Assembly: GCF_009834535.1 (NCBI RefSeq)
Contig: NC_045697.1
Coordinates: 46,378,001 to 46,442,000 of the forward strand
Direction: 5' to 3'
Source: Camelus ferus
Taxonomy: Eukaryota
DNA: 64,000 nucleotides
This document shows, one piece after another, positions 40,365-54,217 of this stretch; the first letter of the stretch is position 1; the number at the start of each line of letters is the position of its first letter. Made by a program: the position numbers and the translations under genes. A model generated the notes under the pieces. The model worked only from the letters and a program-made list of their open reading frames with translations, searched no databases and had not been told where the DNA came from.

Positions 40365-43300
40365 TAATAATTTACTTAATAAACCTTAACTGAGAGCCTA
40401 TTCTGTGTCAGGCTTTATGTGAGGCACAATAGATGCAAAGACATCTCAAAGTTCATAGTCTAGCAGTAGAGGTGAATAGCAACTGTACAATTATACTACA
40501 TGATAATGAGTTTGCTGATGAAGGAAGCAAAGGATGCTGTGTAAGAAGGGCCACCTAACCCAGCCTAGAAGACTCTCAGAAGGAGCTGATATTAAGGCCA
40601 AGTGAGACTAATTTAGAAGAAGAATAATGCTTAAGTAGCTCCTTCTAGGGAGAGAAGGAAGCATGTACGGAAGCATGAAAGACTTGAGTCAAATCAGTAA
40701 TTTTGAGTTGAGTACACTGGTATAGAGGGTGCAAGGACTGGGCAGGTAAACTTAGATAAGTGTCATTATAGGATTTAGAAAGATCAAACTGGTGGCAGCA
40801 TGACATGTAAATTAAAGGGATTACAAGTGAAGGTAGGGAGACAAAAGGCTATTATTGTAAACCACAATGAGAACTAATAAAGTTCTGTACCAAGGTAATC
40901 ACAGTTGACATGCACAGATGTCAAGATTTAAGAAATGTTCTAAAAAGTAGAATCAACTGAAAATCATGACAAATTTGATATAGGATAGAGGAGTGAGAGG
41001 TGCTGGGTCAAAGATGACGTTCAGGTCTCTGATTTGAACAAAGGGTATGAGTCCTGCCATTCACATAGATGGGGTAGTAGTGGGGTGTCTGGGAAGAGAA
41101 GCAGGTAGGGAGGGAAACTAAGGGGTTCAGTTTGAGACGGGTTCTGTTTACGATGTCTTTTTAGGCATCCAAGTGGAAATACCCATGAATGATTGTTTAT
41201 GAAAGCCTAGAAGTCAGGAGGGAGATCTGGGCTTAAAGATGTACAGTTGGGCGTTACTGTACTATAATAATGGTTGACGCTGTTAGTACGAATGTATTGC
41301 CCAGAAGGATTGGCCAAGGGATAAACCTAGAGAAATACTGATTCTTAAGGAGCAGGTAGAGAAAGAGCAGATTATAGAAGAGGCTGAAAAGCAATAGCTG
41401 ATGAGGTCAGACTATAACCATGTAAGAATAGTCCCCCAGAGTCAAAGGAGTTCAAAGAAACAGCCTGCAGTACAGAGGCAATTACCACAGCACCGTTGAG
41501 CCAGTTAAGAGTTACAAAGTGGAAAGAGTGATGGTATAAATTATCAATCAATATAAAATAAATTTGAGAATGAAAAAGATTCTGGTAGTTGATTTTATGT
41601 ATCAACTTGACTGGAACATGTGGTGCCCAGTTTTTTCATAAACATTATTTCTGGATGTGTCTATGAAGGTATTCCTAGATAATATTAGCATTTGAATCAG
41701 TAGACTGATTAAAGAAGATTGTTCTCACCAGTGAGGGGTGTGGGCATCATCCAATCAGTTAAAGGCCTGAATACACCAAAAAAGCCAAAGAAGGGAGAAT
41801 TCACTCTCTGCCTGACTACTTGAGCTGCAACATGGCTTTCTCCAGCTCTCAGACTGGGACTCACATCATTGGCATTCCTGAAACCATTCTCAGGCCTTCA
41901 GATTTGGATTGAAATTTAGACCATCAGTTCTCCTGGTTCTCAGGCCTTTGGATTTGGACTGAAATGACACCACCAGCTTTCGTGGGTCTCCAGCTTACAG
42001 ATGGCAGATTTTCTCAGCCTCTGTAATCATGTGAGCTAAATCCTTATAATGAATCTCTTTCTATATCTCTAGCTGCATTATCTATCTATCTATCTGTCTG
42101 TCTATCTATCTATCTACACAATCTGTTGGTTCTGTTTCTCTGGAAAAAAAACCTGACTAATACAGGGATTGTTGTTAAAAATTACAACAGGACAAGTATA
42201 AACTAGACATTTTTTTGGAAAGCCGGGATGCATGGTCATCCTACATTTGGAAGAATTATTTCAATGCCATGGTAGGAGTGAAGGCTGCAGAAAGCAAGAG
42301 TTAAGGAGTGAGGTGAATTATAAGAAATTAAAGTATGAGTGTACACACTTTTTTTTTTTTTTTTTTTTGCTCTAGCTTGTATTTAAAGCAGAAAGACTGA
42401 ATAGGAGTTAGTGGCAGACAGAGGGTTACAGGAGAGTGTTTTGCATGGTAGAGGCTTGAACAACCTTGTTTGCAAGAGAGAACATGTCAACAGTGAGAGA
42501 GGTCAGGGAATTTATCATAAGAGAGAATAAATGATTGAACAACTCCTGTTTGGAAGTTGGAGGGGATGACAGAATTAGCTTCAGAAAAGAGGATAGAACA
42601 TCTTTTCTAGAGACACAGGAGGGAAAAAAATAAATAGAAAACAAATATAGCAAATGTGTAGGTGGGTAAGTGTGAAGTTGGACAAGTTTTAACCTGATTG
42701 TATTTTTTCTGCAAAATCTGAGAGGAGGCCTTGTGCTGAGAGTGAAAGACGAAATTACAGTATAGGGAGCTTATGAAAAGCAGGTAAGGCTGGAATGGTT
42801 TTCCTGGGTAATAAGAGAGAAGCTGATTTGAAACACACTCCAGGATTTTAGGCAATATTAAGGGCCAACTGGACACCATTAACTTACAGTGACATGGATC
42901 TACACAGTTTTATGTTTTATTCCCCCATCCCCATCTATTTTAGGTAGCGGGGACTGTGGCATCGACCAGACTGAGGTTATGGTAGGCGGATGCAGCAGCA
43001 GGGGACAAAGGATTGAGCAACAAAGGAGCGATTCAAATGCTGCATTACTGTCCACATGGGAACTGGGGACAGGAGAAGGCCGACTGATGGGTAAGAATGG
43101 AACCATCAATACATTTCAAGTGTAGTCAAGCATGTGAAACAAAGATGATAATAGCACAAATAAAATAGCTAGAAGAATAGGAAACTGTGTGTAGGGAGTG
43201 GACACAGAACTTCAGGATTTCAGGGGTGTGTCAGCTCTGGGTGGTGAGTGGTGGTAAAGTCTCAGTGGTGGCCATGGTGAGTGTCTGCAGTGGGGAAGAA

Positions 43301-43600
43301 ATTGTGTGAATCGTGTTTCCACATGGATGCGGAAATCACTAGTTATCATGATGAAACTTAGAGCGGAAAGGGAAACTTTAAACCAAATACTGAATTAGAT
43401 GACTGAAGTGACAAAAATGTGGGGATGATGGAGGGGATATCCAGATGTATTTTTACAAGGATTTAGAGAAGCAAAAGTTTGGTGTGGCCATGTGGCGTTA
43501 AAGCTACAAATGCTGCCCTTCAACCTAACTCTCAAGAGGGCTCCAGGGGGCCTGGTACCATCAGAGTCAGATTTTCACAAAGACACTGAAATCTAGGAAA
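40365..43600 (-). mobile_element. Long degraded L2, interrupted by an MLT2 LTR
   Basis: gagagcctattctgtgtcaggc...gtagaatcaactg...ggcatccaagtggaaat...; the L2-like sequence resumes after 42164. Confidence 0.6.
41581..42164 (+). mobile_element. ERVL solo LTR (MLT2B-like)
   Basis: tggtagttgattttatgtatcaacttgactgg...gggcatcatccaatcagtt...(tcta)n...ttggttctgtttctctggaa...cctgactaataca. Confidence 0.9.
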
Positions 43601-43849
43601 CATTCTGTGAAGAGGAGAGTGGAAGGGTTGACAAGAGTAAGAGGACTGGTTAAGAAAAAAAGGAAAAAAGACCAGCTTGGACATAACAATATGGAAGAAA
43701 ATAGTGTAACTGAGAGGTGTGCCTGCATTTTTTAGGTGGGCAAAGATGACGAGGGGTCCGTCTATCTAACCTTCTGCCCTGTTCTCCTCTTCATTCAAGG
43801 TGCACTTAAGAGCACCTGACATATATGTGTAGAATGTGGGACGTAAGCT

Positions 43850-44165
43850 CTAAGAGAGCGGGGACTTGTGATATTGTATGTTTCCTGCTGTGTCTAAAAC
43901 ACTGTCCCTAGCTCATAGTCAGTGTGCCACCAATATCTGTGGGAGAAAGGAATGCATGCATCCTGGAAGGTGGACAATATAGAGCAATAGATAAGACCAT
44001 GAGCCTGAGTTGGGATCCTGGCCGGGCAATCCTGGGTAAGTTGATTAACTTCTTTAGGTTTCAACTTCCTCATCTGTAACTTACAGGTTAGATTAGTAAC
44101 TATGCTTCTGAGTTTCTGGAAGTACCTGGCACTTAATTAGCATGCAATGAATGGCAACATCGCTG
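43850..44165 (+). mobile_element. L2 3' end followed by a MIR
   Basis: taagctctaagagagcgggga...; gggtaagttgattaacttct...ttcctcatctgtaa...gtacctggcac. Confidence 0.6.
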
Positions 44166-46492
44166 CCACTACTACTTTTAGCTGCTTTATTTGTTGGGAA
44201 GAATTAGGGGATGACCATAATTTGAAGCCAGAGCTCTGATTTAAAAAAATTAGGTTCCCAAGCAGAGTGTTGGTAAAAAATCCTAGAATAAGTGTGCCAG
44301 GTTCAAGATTAGTTAAACCCTTAGGGAGAATTCCTTCCTTGTATTTTTATAACAACTACAAAATTTCTACCCAGTTACTCTGAACAAGCTCTTTTTGGGA
44401 TGCCAATTCCCTGGTAAAGCTGGGATTCCCTGGGCAGAATGACAAGGATGCTTTTTAACTCTGTGAATGGTGCCATTATTTCTCCCGTTTCCAAACTACT
44501 CTTACCCTGGAAGAAAGGTAAAATTTTGAAGAAGGATGTGACTGTTTCTAGTTAGTTTGTGCCTTTCCTGGATTTTCTTTGATTTTGTAAACTCTTGAAT
44601 TCCAACGACAATCATTGTCTATAGTAGTTTTTCCCAGAAATCCTGGGAATACCTGAGTCATGAATAAGAAATCTTAACACAAAATTACTTAAGTAATTTA
44701 ATTAATAGAAAATATTATACTGCATCAAATGTGCATGTGGAAAACTTGGATGTGATCTACAACAGCAAACCCATTTGTCTTACCCAAATCTGACGCTGTA
44801 TTCCTTGCCTTGCATCTTGGCTCTCTTGACTCTGTACTTTGACTCTAATTCCTTCTCTACCAGCCCTGGAAACATCTTTGTTGAGGATAAGTAGCTCACT
44901 CCTTCTCCACATCTTACTCTAATACCCTTAGATTGTACATGACTCACGGGGAAGCCAGGAAAACCACTTCCAACTCTCTTATACTGATTCTGGCCAAGCC
45001 TCCAGTTTCCTCGTGCTGGGATCCTTTTGCTTTCTTGCTTTAAAAATCGACAGACTGTAAAATAGCTCTCACCCATCTAAACAACTTTCCGTGCAAGTCA
45101 TCAAAATTCACTCTGATGTTCCCAAACACGGGAGGAAACTTGATTCCTTTCAATGTTGGAAACCACTTTGGTGTCACCAGTTCTCTCCTTCCCCCCCTAG
45201 TCCCTCAGTGCACTTGGGAGCCTTCTCAAGATTTTGCTCCAATCCTGAGGGAGTCCAACCTGCCCGTGACATTTCTTTGATTTATGGTTTTGAGGTTTTT
45301 CAAATAATGTAAGTATTCAGGAGGAATATTTTAAACGAAAACTTGGGATTTTGTTTTAGATAGAGCCAAAGCCATGTATCTCTCATGGCTGATCTTCTGT
45401 CTCATTTTGTACTTCTGGATACGAAGCCCTCCTGGATGTCCAGACAGCGCAGGAGTCTTGACATGATGAGGTGACTATGTTCCAGTGGTTTTTCTGCAGT
45501 TGGCCAAGTGGTCACTGGTTGGTTTACACAGTGGAAGTTTTGCAAAAATTACTTTGATGAGAGTAAAAGAAAACTATTTTTTTCCCCTGAGAATTGTAGT
45601 AAAGATGAATCAATATATTTTTTATTAATTAGCGCTGAAGAGAAAAATGGGAGAAAAGTAAGGAAGGTCGTCAGTGAGGGAATTTTCTGGAACTCTACTG
45701 AAGCAAGTGCTGATACAATTTCTTAAGGTCAAAGATTGGAAGATGGAAGTTAAACTTGGCTTGTTTCCCATATGTGCTGACAGTTGAAGCTCAGGGAAGT
45801 TTAATCCCTTTTATATACAGATTGAATTAAGTGGTCATGAATTTCTGCAGTACTAATTAGCTTTAAACCAATGAGAAATCACTTGATAGAGTAAGAATAT
45901 AATGCCCAGAACAACCAGAGAACCTGAAAATTTTGTCATACTGTGTTGTGGCTCAAAAGAGTACTACAACGTTAAGCAGAAAGAGATGGGAATTTTACCT
46001 GTTTTCCTTCTGCTGCTTAATTTGTTACTTCGTGTCCTCACAGTCAGAAATGTTAAATAACCTGTGAGGGAACTGGAATCTAAATCAGGCTTATATAACT
46101 GTCCCTGTAACTGCTAAACTTGTTTGGACATAGATGCAATCTAGCAGGAGGGATCCTTAAAAAATTACTTTTTACTGTATAAGAGATAAACTCATACACA
46201 CGTCCAGACACCTATATTCCTAAGTTGATGATTAGATGAGTATTTAGGTATGCAGTTATTAGATTGCTGTGTATGAGCAAACAAATGGGAGAAATTTAAG
46301 GCACTGAAGTAGTCTGAATGAAAGCATAACATCTGATGTAAGTTACCTCTTCAAAAACGTCTGATGAATGAAGAAACTTAATCTTCTTAAGGTATTGGGG
46401 CACAGTTTTACCTGAAAACCTCAGGTAAATTTTGTATTTTAGTATGTATTCATATCTGTCTTAGAATTATAAGTGTAACGTCTTATAATAAA

Positions 46493-46791
46493 CTTTATTT
46501 TTTATTGACGTATAGTCAGTTTACGATTATATATAGCAGTTAGTATCTGCAAATCCTGAACTCCCAGTTTATCCCTTCGCCTCTCCCTTTCCCCACTGGT
46601 AACCATAAGTTTGTTTTCTATGTCTGTGAGTTTGTTTCTGTTTTGTAAAGAAGTTCATTTGTGTCATTTTTTTTTTTTTTAGATTCCATATATAAGTGAT
46701 AACATATGGTATTTTTCTTTCTCTTTCTGGCTTACTTCACTTAGTGTGACGATCTCCAGGTCCATCCATGTTGCAGCAAATGGCATTATTT
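46493..46791 (-). mobile_element. Lineage-specific L1 3' fragment
   Basis: cactggtaaccataagtttgttttctatgtctgtgag...agattccatatataagtgat...ggtccatccatgttgcagcaaatggcattattt. Confidence 0.88.
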
Positions 46792-49304
46792 ATATAACCT
46801 TTTAAGAGGAACAAAAACATAATGATAGGTTTTCTTCCCCAAATATCTGTGCAAGATGGGTTTTCCAGAAAGATGTGTTCAGTTTTTAATCCTACACTTT
46901 GGTGTACCACTGGGCACACTGGAGTGTTGTTCTAATTCAGTGGATTGTAGCTCTGGCTGAATGGTAGAAACATTAGGGTTCCTTTTTGAAAATGCCATTC
47001 GTAGGCTTTACTGAAGTCCCATTAAATCTGAATCTCTGTTAAAGATGTTTCTAATCTCCCCAGATGAATACAGTGTATGTCCAGAGGGGAGAACCACTGC
47101 TGGACCTGGAGACGTGGCCAGTTTGAGAAACATGGATGAGATCACATTAGATGCCATCTATCATTATACCTGTCTTCACATCACACCTCTCTTTGAAATT
47201 TTCCCTCATCCCTGGGCCTTAGAACAGCTGTAAATACAATGGTGAATTGATCGCAGGGAAGTGGAAACCTGACCCTCATGGAAACCCAGACCTCGTGTGT
47301 GGCCCCGGAGATCCTGAAGATCAGCATACAAGCTACAGCAGAGAAATAACTACTGCTTAACACTTGGGCATTGGTTTTTTTTTTCCAGAATAAATTCTTA
47401 TATCTAAAGAAAATTTTAATTTGACAAAAATCGAAATTGATGATTTTCTGGGAGTATTTAATAATTATAATTTTATCAGTCTGACTTTTAAAACCCCACC
47501 AAATTCTCCTACAATATTTTCAGTATTTGCTGAAGGATAACATCCCCCCTTGCCTTAATCATGTGCCAGATTACTCGTAAACCTGGACCATATGCCACTG
47601 CAATTTGCTGATGGGCCCAAGCTGTTTTGGTAGATAAAAATTCCAAGGGGATTAGAATGGCTCAATCCTCACTGCGAACAGAGCAACGGCAGTAGGGCAG
47701 CTCCACGCTCTCCTCTCTCTCCTTCTCTGGACATTACCTACGGTCTCTTCAACCCAAAACCCAGAGATCATATCAATGCCTGCAAAAATGTATTTCACCC
47801 TAATAAGGTCTTTCTTTAGACACTTTCACTGAAACCAAGCTTCAGAGACACACAGATCATGCAAGGGATGGGACAGAGATCATTATGTGTGAAAGTAGGA
47901 AATATTTCCCCAATTGTGTCTTTAGGATGGTCCTGGGGGAGATAACACTCTTAAGTTGATGAGGGACATAAATGACATCTTTCTCCTTTACTTGGCTCCC
48001 GAGTTCTGTCCAGCACAGTGAATTCTCTGTCATCAATGTTTGAATGACTACAAGCTCTTCTGTTTATAATAAAATGAACTTCTATGACTCTTGACTTAAA
48101 ATCAGAATCAGATGGTTGATTAAATTATTAAAAGTTAAAATGACCTTTGGCAAAATATAATTTTCTGGAGGACACTTTCTCCCACTCCAGTTTTTCCTTT
48201 CTATTGCAAGTGAAACTTTCCCCAAATGAGGAGGTCATTGTGATTTATTTTTGTGTGTCTTCAGATCCATTTTCTTGACAGCAGCCACTTGTTTTAAACA
48301 TCTGACATGGTGTCTTTAAAGATAAAGAGATAAAACATTGATTTGAAGCATACTAGTTATTTACATGGCTGACAATGCTTTATACAAATATAAATGGTAA
48401 GAAAATGCTTATTATTCAGATTTCTGTGTTACTGTTAAATAATGTGCATACTGAACAGTTCTGTGTGGATTTTGGAGGGTTGAATACTTGAAGTTTAGAG
48501 TTGGAAGCAGTAGAACTCATCCAATGCAGGAATCACCTGCATCTTCCTTTGCTCAATTCAAGAATCTTCTCTAAATATTCCTGGAAAATCTTATTTGAAC
48601 ACTTACAATGATGAGGAATGCTACAGAGCCATTCTTTCTATTGAATTTGAATCTTACACCCTGTAACTATTATTTATAGTTCTACCTTTGAGAGCTCAGT
48701 AGAATAATTTAATTTTGTTTTTCTCTATGATCACCCATCCAATACTTGTCTGAGAGACACAATCCTACCCCTAGGAATGTGACAGTAATAATGGGAACCT
48801 TTACAAAAGAATTTGTCTTTCACTAGAGATCCCACTTCTTACATACAGGGACCAATGTTCCAAAAGCATTATTCAATATTACAACCAGCCAACTAATATA
48901 TGTGCTCAGAATGAATCACACCCATCTTAACTGTCTTTTTTTGGCAGTCAGAAAGGGATCATGCTCTCCTCGAACTCCTCCTTACTCTTTTTTGACGAAC
49001 ATTAAAGTACAGCTTATTTAGAAGATCTGGCATCATACTATAACAAGCAACTTAGGTAGCTTTCATATTACTTGTGGTGGTGAGTTCTTTCTTAATCACA
49101 TATTAATTTATTAATTCACTAACTTCAAACATTGTCTCTTAGTCAGGTTTCTTTCAGTTGACAACGACACGAACATAACTCCAACTCTCATTAGGAACAA
49201 AGGATTGTTACTATTTTTGTTATAATTGCACAAGCAAAATTCAGGTATAAGATTCAGAATTCCAGCAATGTAACCAAGCCTTCCTTTCTCTTGATCTCTT
49301 GCCA

Positions 49305-50127
49305 TGTGGGGGAAAATGCACTGTGTTGTTTATTTTCACACTACTGCCACACTTAGAATGCTTCTGGCACCAGATGTGTGGGTTTGTTTCCACAATGACC
49401 AGTTCTCCAGCACCTGCTGGGTGTTCTAGCATCAGTTCAGTTCTGACGCTATCTACCAGGAGTTAGTACCAGAACCCACAAGTTAAGGGCTCAGGCTCAC
49501 AAGACTGCCTCCACTTCAGGTGCCAATTGCAAGCCCCAGGTTGTCACCTGTACTTCTGACTGACTAGCTCTCAGTGTTTCCAGGACCGTTTCCTTGGGTT
49601 TGATAATTTGCTAGAACAACTCACAGAATTCAAGGAATCATCTACTTACAGTTACCAACTTATTGTGTAATAAAGGATACGATCAAAGGGATAAAGATGA
49701 ACAGCCAGATGAAGAGATACAAAGGGTGATGGCCAGAAGGGACCTCAGCACAGAAACTCCTATCCCCATGGAGTTGGGATGCATTGCCCTCCTGGAACAT
49801 AGATGTGTTTCCCAAAATTCTTTAGAAAATTTTACAGCAGCTTTAATCATGTAGGCATGATTGATTATGAACTCATTTTTCAGGTTCTCTCCCTCTCTGG
49901 AGACTGGGGAGATGGGGCTGATAGTTCCAAATTTCTAATTATGGCTTGGTCTTTCTGGTGATTGCCAGCCATCCAGAAGCCCACCAAGAATCACCTCATT
50001 AAAACAAGAGATGCTCTTAGCACTCAGGAAATTACAGGGCTTTTAGGAGTTCTGTGTGAGGAACCAAAGTCACAGATCAAATATTAGCAGGAACGAGAGG
50101 CAGAGACCAAAATGTACATCTTCACAC
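49305..50127 (-). mobile_element. MER21-like solo LTR
   Basis: cacaagttaagggctcagg...cacaagactgcc...ttgataatttgctagaac...aacagccagatgaagagatac...atcacctcattaaaac. Confidence 0.75.
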
Positions 50128-50344
50128 GGAAAGTGTAAAGAAAGCACCTCCTTCTGGAAGTCTCAGGGGAGGATTACAGTGGCCACTTAGACCTGTGTTT
50201 AATTGAAACCCTGCCCCTCGGTCGGCCGCTATGAAGATGAGTTAATAGACCACTTTTACAGAAAGACTGGGTGTTTCAGTCAGCTGTTTCTGCACCTGGG
50301 GTGTAGCCACAGTGAGTCCTCATGTGACATTTAAGAACTGGTTC

Positions 50345-50725
50345 TCAGGTCACTATAGCCTTGTGGGTCTTGTGAACAGAAGCCCTGCTGACATTCAAAG
50401 CTAGACGCTTTGGGAGCCTTCTCTCAGGTGCTGGTCTCAGAAGTTGAGCTGCCAGATTCAGGGTTCACACCTTGGCTCCTCAGGAGAAGCTGGGGGTTGT
50501 AAGTCACCTCTTGACTGTGAGTCGCTGTGCCAAGGGTGGGGTTCAGGATGAGATTGTGTCTTGGTCTCTCTCACCCATTTTCATATGTTTTTCTTCTTGT
50601 TCATCCAATGCGTGGGAGTTGCTTGGCTAGTTTCAAAGTTTCTTTCATATGTGGCTGAAGATTTGGTGTGTCCATGGGAGAAGGTGAGTTCAAAACCCCT
50701 CTAGGTTGCCCTCTGGGACCTGAGT
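50345..50725 (-). mobile_element. L1 5'UTR fragment (laurasiatherian type)
   Basis: aagccctgctgacattcaaagctag...gctcctcaggagaagct...tttggtgtgtccatgggagaaggtgagttca resembles an antisense L1 5' end. Confidence 0.6.
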
Positions 50726-52169
50726 CTATCTGCTTGCCACGCATCTGTGTGCAGCTTGGTCCCCAGCACGTCCAGCTTGGGCTGTAATCCAGTTTGTGCG
50801 GGATGGAGGGAGTTCAGTTTTCTCACTCTTCCCAAATGTCACCTGATCTTTCGTGGTTGGTCAGGCCAGAGTCACATGCCCCACTTTGTACCCAGGTTCC
50901 TGTAACTGGGTTCTTACCTGGCCTCTCCATCTCTCTTCTATACTCATATGGAAAGCAAGGTGATATGGTTTAATGTGAATGCCGTGACCTTAGGATTTGA
51001 ACTTTCCCAGTGATTTTTGGTATTTTTAAAGCTGGAAAACATTTTTCAAAATTTATGCTTCTACTACCGAATTCCGCCCATAAAATGGTCTCAAAAAGTG
51101 AATACATATCTGAAACATCTTTTTTTGTTCTAAGATCAGTTCTAGCATTAAACCCACAAAAACTCTGTCATGTAGAGAAGACGTAAAGTGGATTTATTTA
51201 CAGTGATTAGAAAATAAAACAACAGAATTTAAGATGAGGGCCTTGAGTTATGAGAAATGTCTTTAAGCTATTAACTTAAAAAGATTTCAAAGTCCCTTTT
51301 TGTCAAATATCAAACTGTATAAAGAGGTATTTATTTGGTTTTGATAGTTAAATTACCATTTAAAAATTCTTAAAATCGTCAAACATCTTAAGTAGTTCTG
51401 ATAAACAGAGTACAAGATGTGGGAAGTGTGGAATCAAAACTGTTTTCACTCATTAGGGACGACCTTACATAGTCTCACCATTTATGAGTTATCAGGACAT
51501 CTGTAACTTGTGAACATGATTTTCATATCATATTCCCAAATATTATGTATTTCCTCTTTATTTTTGAAAACATGTTAATATACAAATACACATATTGAGG
51601 GATGTATTTTTTCATATTTACTAAGTTACACCAAATCGTTAAAACAGGAGTTAACAAATCCATTTGTTAAGATATGCCAACAAAAGCATAACAAAACATA
51701 CTACCAGAAGTATGCACGTCCTGGCTCCTTCGCTGAAAAGGTCACCTTTCCAGAGCGTAACAAACTGGTGCGTTGGGAAATAGAGAAACATCAATCAAGT
51801 CAAGTACATTTTTCACTTGTGTACTGAAGGCACAGTAAAGTGAGCATTAATTAAAAAAAAAAACTTTATAAAGTGAGAAATGGAGAGTGAAAGATCAAAG
51901 GGCTGGATGAGAGAGTTAAGCAGATAAAGATATGGAAATCTGTTTCAAATCTGTTTCCACACAATCACTTAAAGAAGGAGATGGAATCACTTAAAGAAGA
52001 CAGGTTGGAAAATCCAGGCTGACTTTTTGGTGGGATTATGCCAGTTGGCATCTGTACTGAGTGCATCGAATGCCCTGCCTCACATCTTCTTGGGCCACTT
52101 TTTACTCCAGCCATTGTTGCAGCCTTAACATGACAGGACTTGGCCTCAGCTGCACAGCCATACTGGTGT

Positions 52170-53920
52170 CTCAGTGGAGGAGGGTGAGATAGAGGTGATG
52201 CCAGCTGGTGCTAAGTGCTATGGAGAAAAGTAGAACACAGGGGTAGAAACAGGTGCCAGGGCATGGAGATGGGGCAGTTGCGATTTTTCATAAGGCAGTC
52301 AGCAAAGACCTCACTGGGAAGATAGTGAGTCTCTCTGGGGAGGAGCCTTGTGGACACAGGAAACAGTGCAGAAACTCGAAGGCGGCAATATGCCTGGAAG
52401 GTTCCTGAGTAACTCAAGAAACCAGCATCCCTGGAAGAGAACGAGCCAGAGAGGCAGGGAAGCAGGAGATGAGGTGATGGTGCCAGGAAGTGGAGAGCCT
52501 CACAGGCCTCTCTAAAGATGCTGGCTTGGACTGTGATGAGATGGGAACTCAATGGAAAGTTTTGAGAGAAGAACTGACATGTTGTGGTGGGTGTTGAGAC
52601 TGGGCTGGAGAGGGTGGGGCCAGGTGTGGAAGCAGAGACATCAGGTAGGAATCTACTACGACAATTACGTCGAGAGATAATAGCAGCTTTTGCAGAAGCT
52701 GGGAGCAACAGATGCAGGAGGAGGTGGGAAGTGAGATTCCAGACGTACTTTGATGGTAGAACTGGTAGAATTTGCTCACAGGTAAGATGTGAGACATGAG
52801 GAGCAAGGATCATTTCAAGATTCTAACTGAGAAACAGGAGGAAGAATCACTATTAACTGAAACTGAGAAGACTTTGACTTGGTTGGTGGGTTTGGGAAAA
52901 GGATTAAATTCTAGATACAATAAGTTTGAGATACCTATTAGACATTGAAATGGAAATATAAATTAATCAATAGGCTGTGTATATGTGTCTGGAATTCAGG
53001 AGAATGCCCGGGATGAGACGTAAATTTGGGAGTTATCATCCAGATGGCATTTTGCCACCAAACTGGATGAATCACAGAGATAGTGTGTATGGGGAGAAAA
53101 GAGAAGGGGTCTGTGGACTGAACTCTGGGTCACTCCAGTGTGTTGAGGTTGGGGAGCCCAGGAGAATCTTGCAAAGGACCAGAGAAGGAGTGGACATTGA
53201 CGGTGAGGGTAATAGACAACTTCTAAAGGGAAGACCAGAGTGGAGTTGTGGCTGGAGGGGACCTGCGAGGTTAAGAGAAGGGTTCTTCTGTTAATACTGG
53301 AGGAATAATAGCACACACATGGGCTGTTAGAAACTATTGGGTAGAGAGGGAAATTTGGTGATGCAAGAGAAAAGAAAGAATCACCAGAGCTATGGCCTTG
53401 AGTAGGCAAGAGAGCGTGTGACTTCATGCACAAAGGACCTTTAGTAGGAGCACAGGTTGTGCAAAATGACAGGATGACAGGGGGCAAACAAGGAAGGATC
53501 TGTGGGCCCGGATGCCAAAAGGTGGGTAGAGGTGATGATTCAAGCTTCCAGGCTTGTGAGAGTTGTGTTTTCACTGTTTCTATTTCCCTGTTCCATAGGA
53601 AGGAAGGTCAACAGCTGAAGTGAAGACAGGGAGGAGGCACTGGTGAATGAGGACAGCGGGGTTTGAAACAGTCCTCTGGAAGCGTGGGAGAGTGAGTGGA
53701 TCAGGGAAACCTGCATGGCCCCTGAGCTGCAGGGACCCATTTGAAAGCGGGGCATGTGCATTTAAAGTTGTTTGCTTTTTTTCCTAGCCCTGTTCAGCTG
53801 GGTGGAGGAGTAGAATCATCGGAGAGCTGAATTTAGCCAGGATGGGGGTTTGGCCAGTCTAATATGATAAAATGAAAGACATGCAGGGAACGGAGGGTGT
53901 ACCCAAGGGATACCAATAGT
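52170..53920 (-). mobile_element. L2 LINE fragment(s)
   Basis: Minus-strand ORF contains AKAAIISRRNCRSRFLPD, resembling L2 ORF2 (LVQATIISRLDYCNSLL); typical L2 DNA motifs. Confidence 0.7.
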
Positions 53921-54217
53921 TTTATATTGTAGATTTATGTTTTCGTTTGAATCAATTCCCTCATCTGACTTTAACTTTTCTACTGAAGCTACCACCTCTC
54001 ATTCATCCAACTGTGGAACCCCAGAGCATGATCCTTGCTCCTCATGCATGGAAGGGAGGGAGCAGGGTAAGGGGGGAAATCAGTCTAGTGTCAGAATATG
54101 GAGGCTCTAGAAATCTGAGCTAAAGAATACTGTTCTTAATAAATTCTCCATCCAGGAGAACCAGGAGGAAGCAGCATGTTCTTTCCTGACCTAACCTCAG
54201 AAATCTGAGTTGAACAA

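Noticed and set aside
41886..41995. ~50-bp tandem repeat (ttctcaggcctt…gatttgga…)
   Set aside because: Internal repeat typical of MLT2-type LTRs; not a CRISPR-like or novel array.
52211..53574. Longest ORFs (200 aa and 192 aa, minus strand)
   Set aside because: They lie within degraded L2 sequence; only a short L2 ORF2-like motif is recognisable and the rest is compositionally biased.
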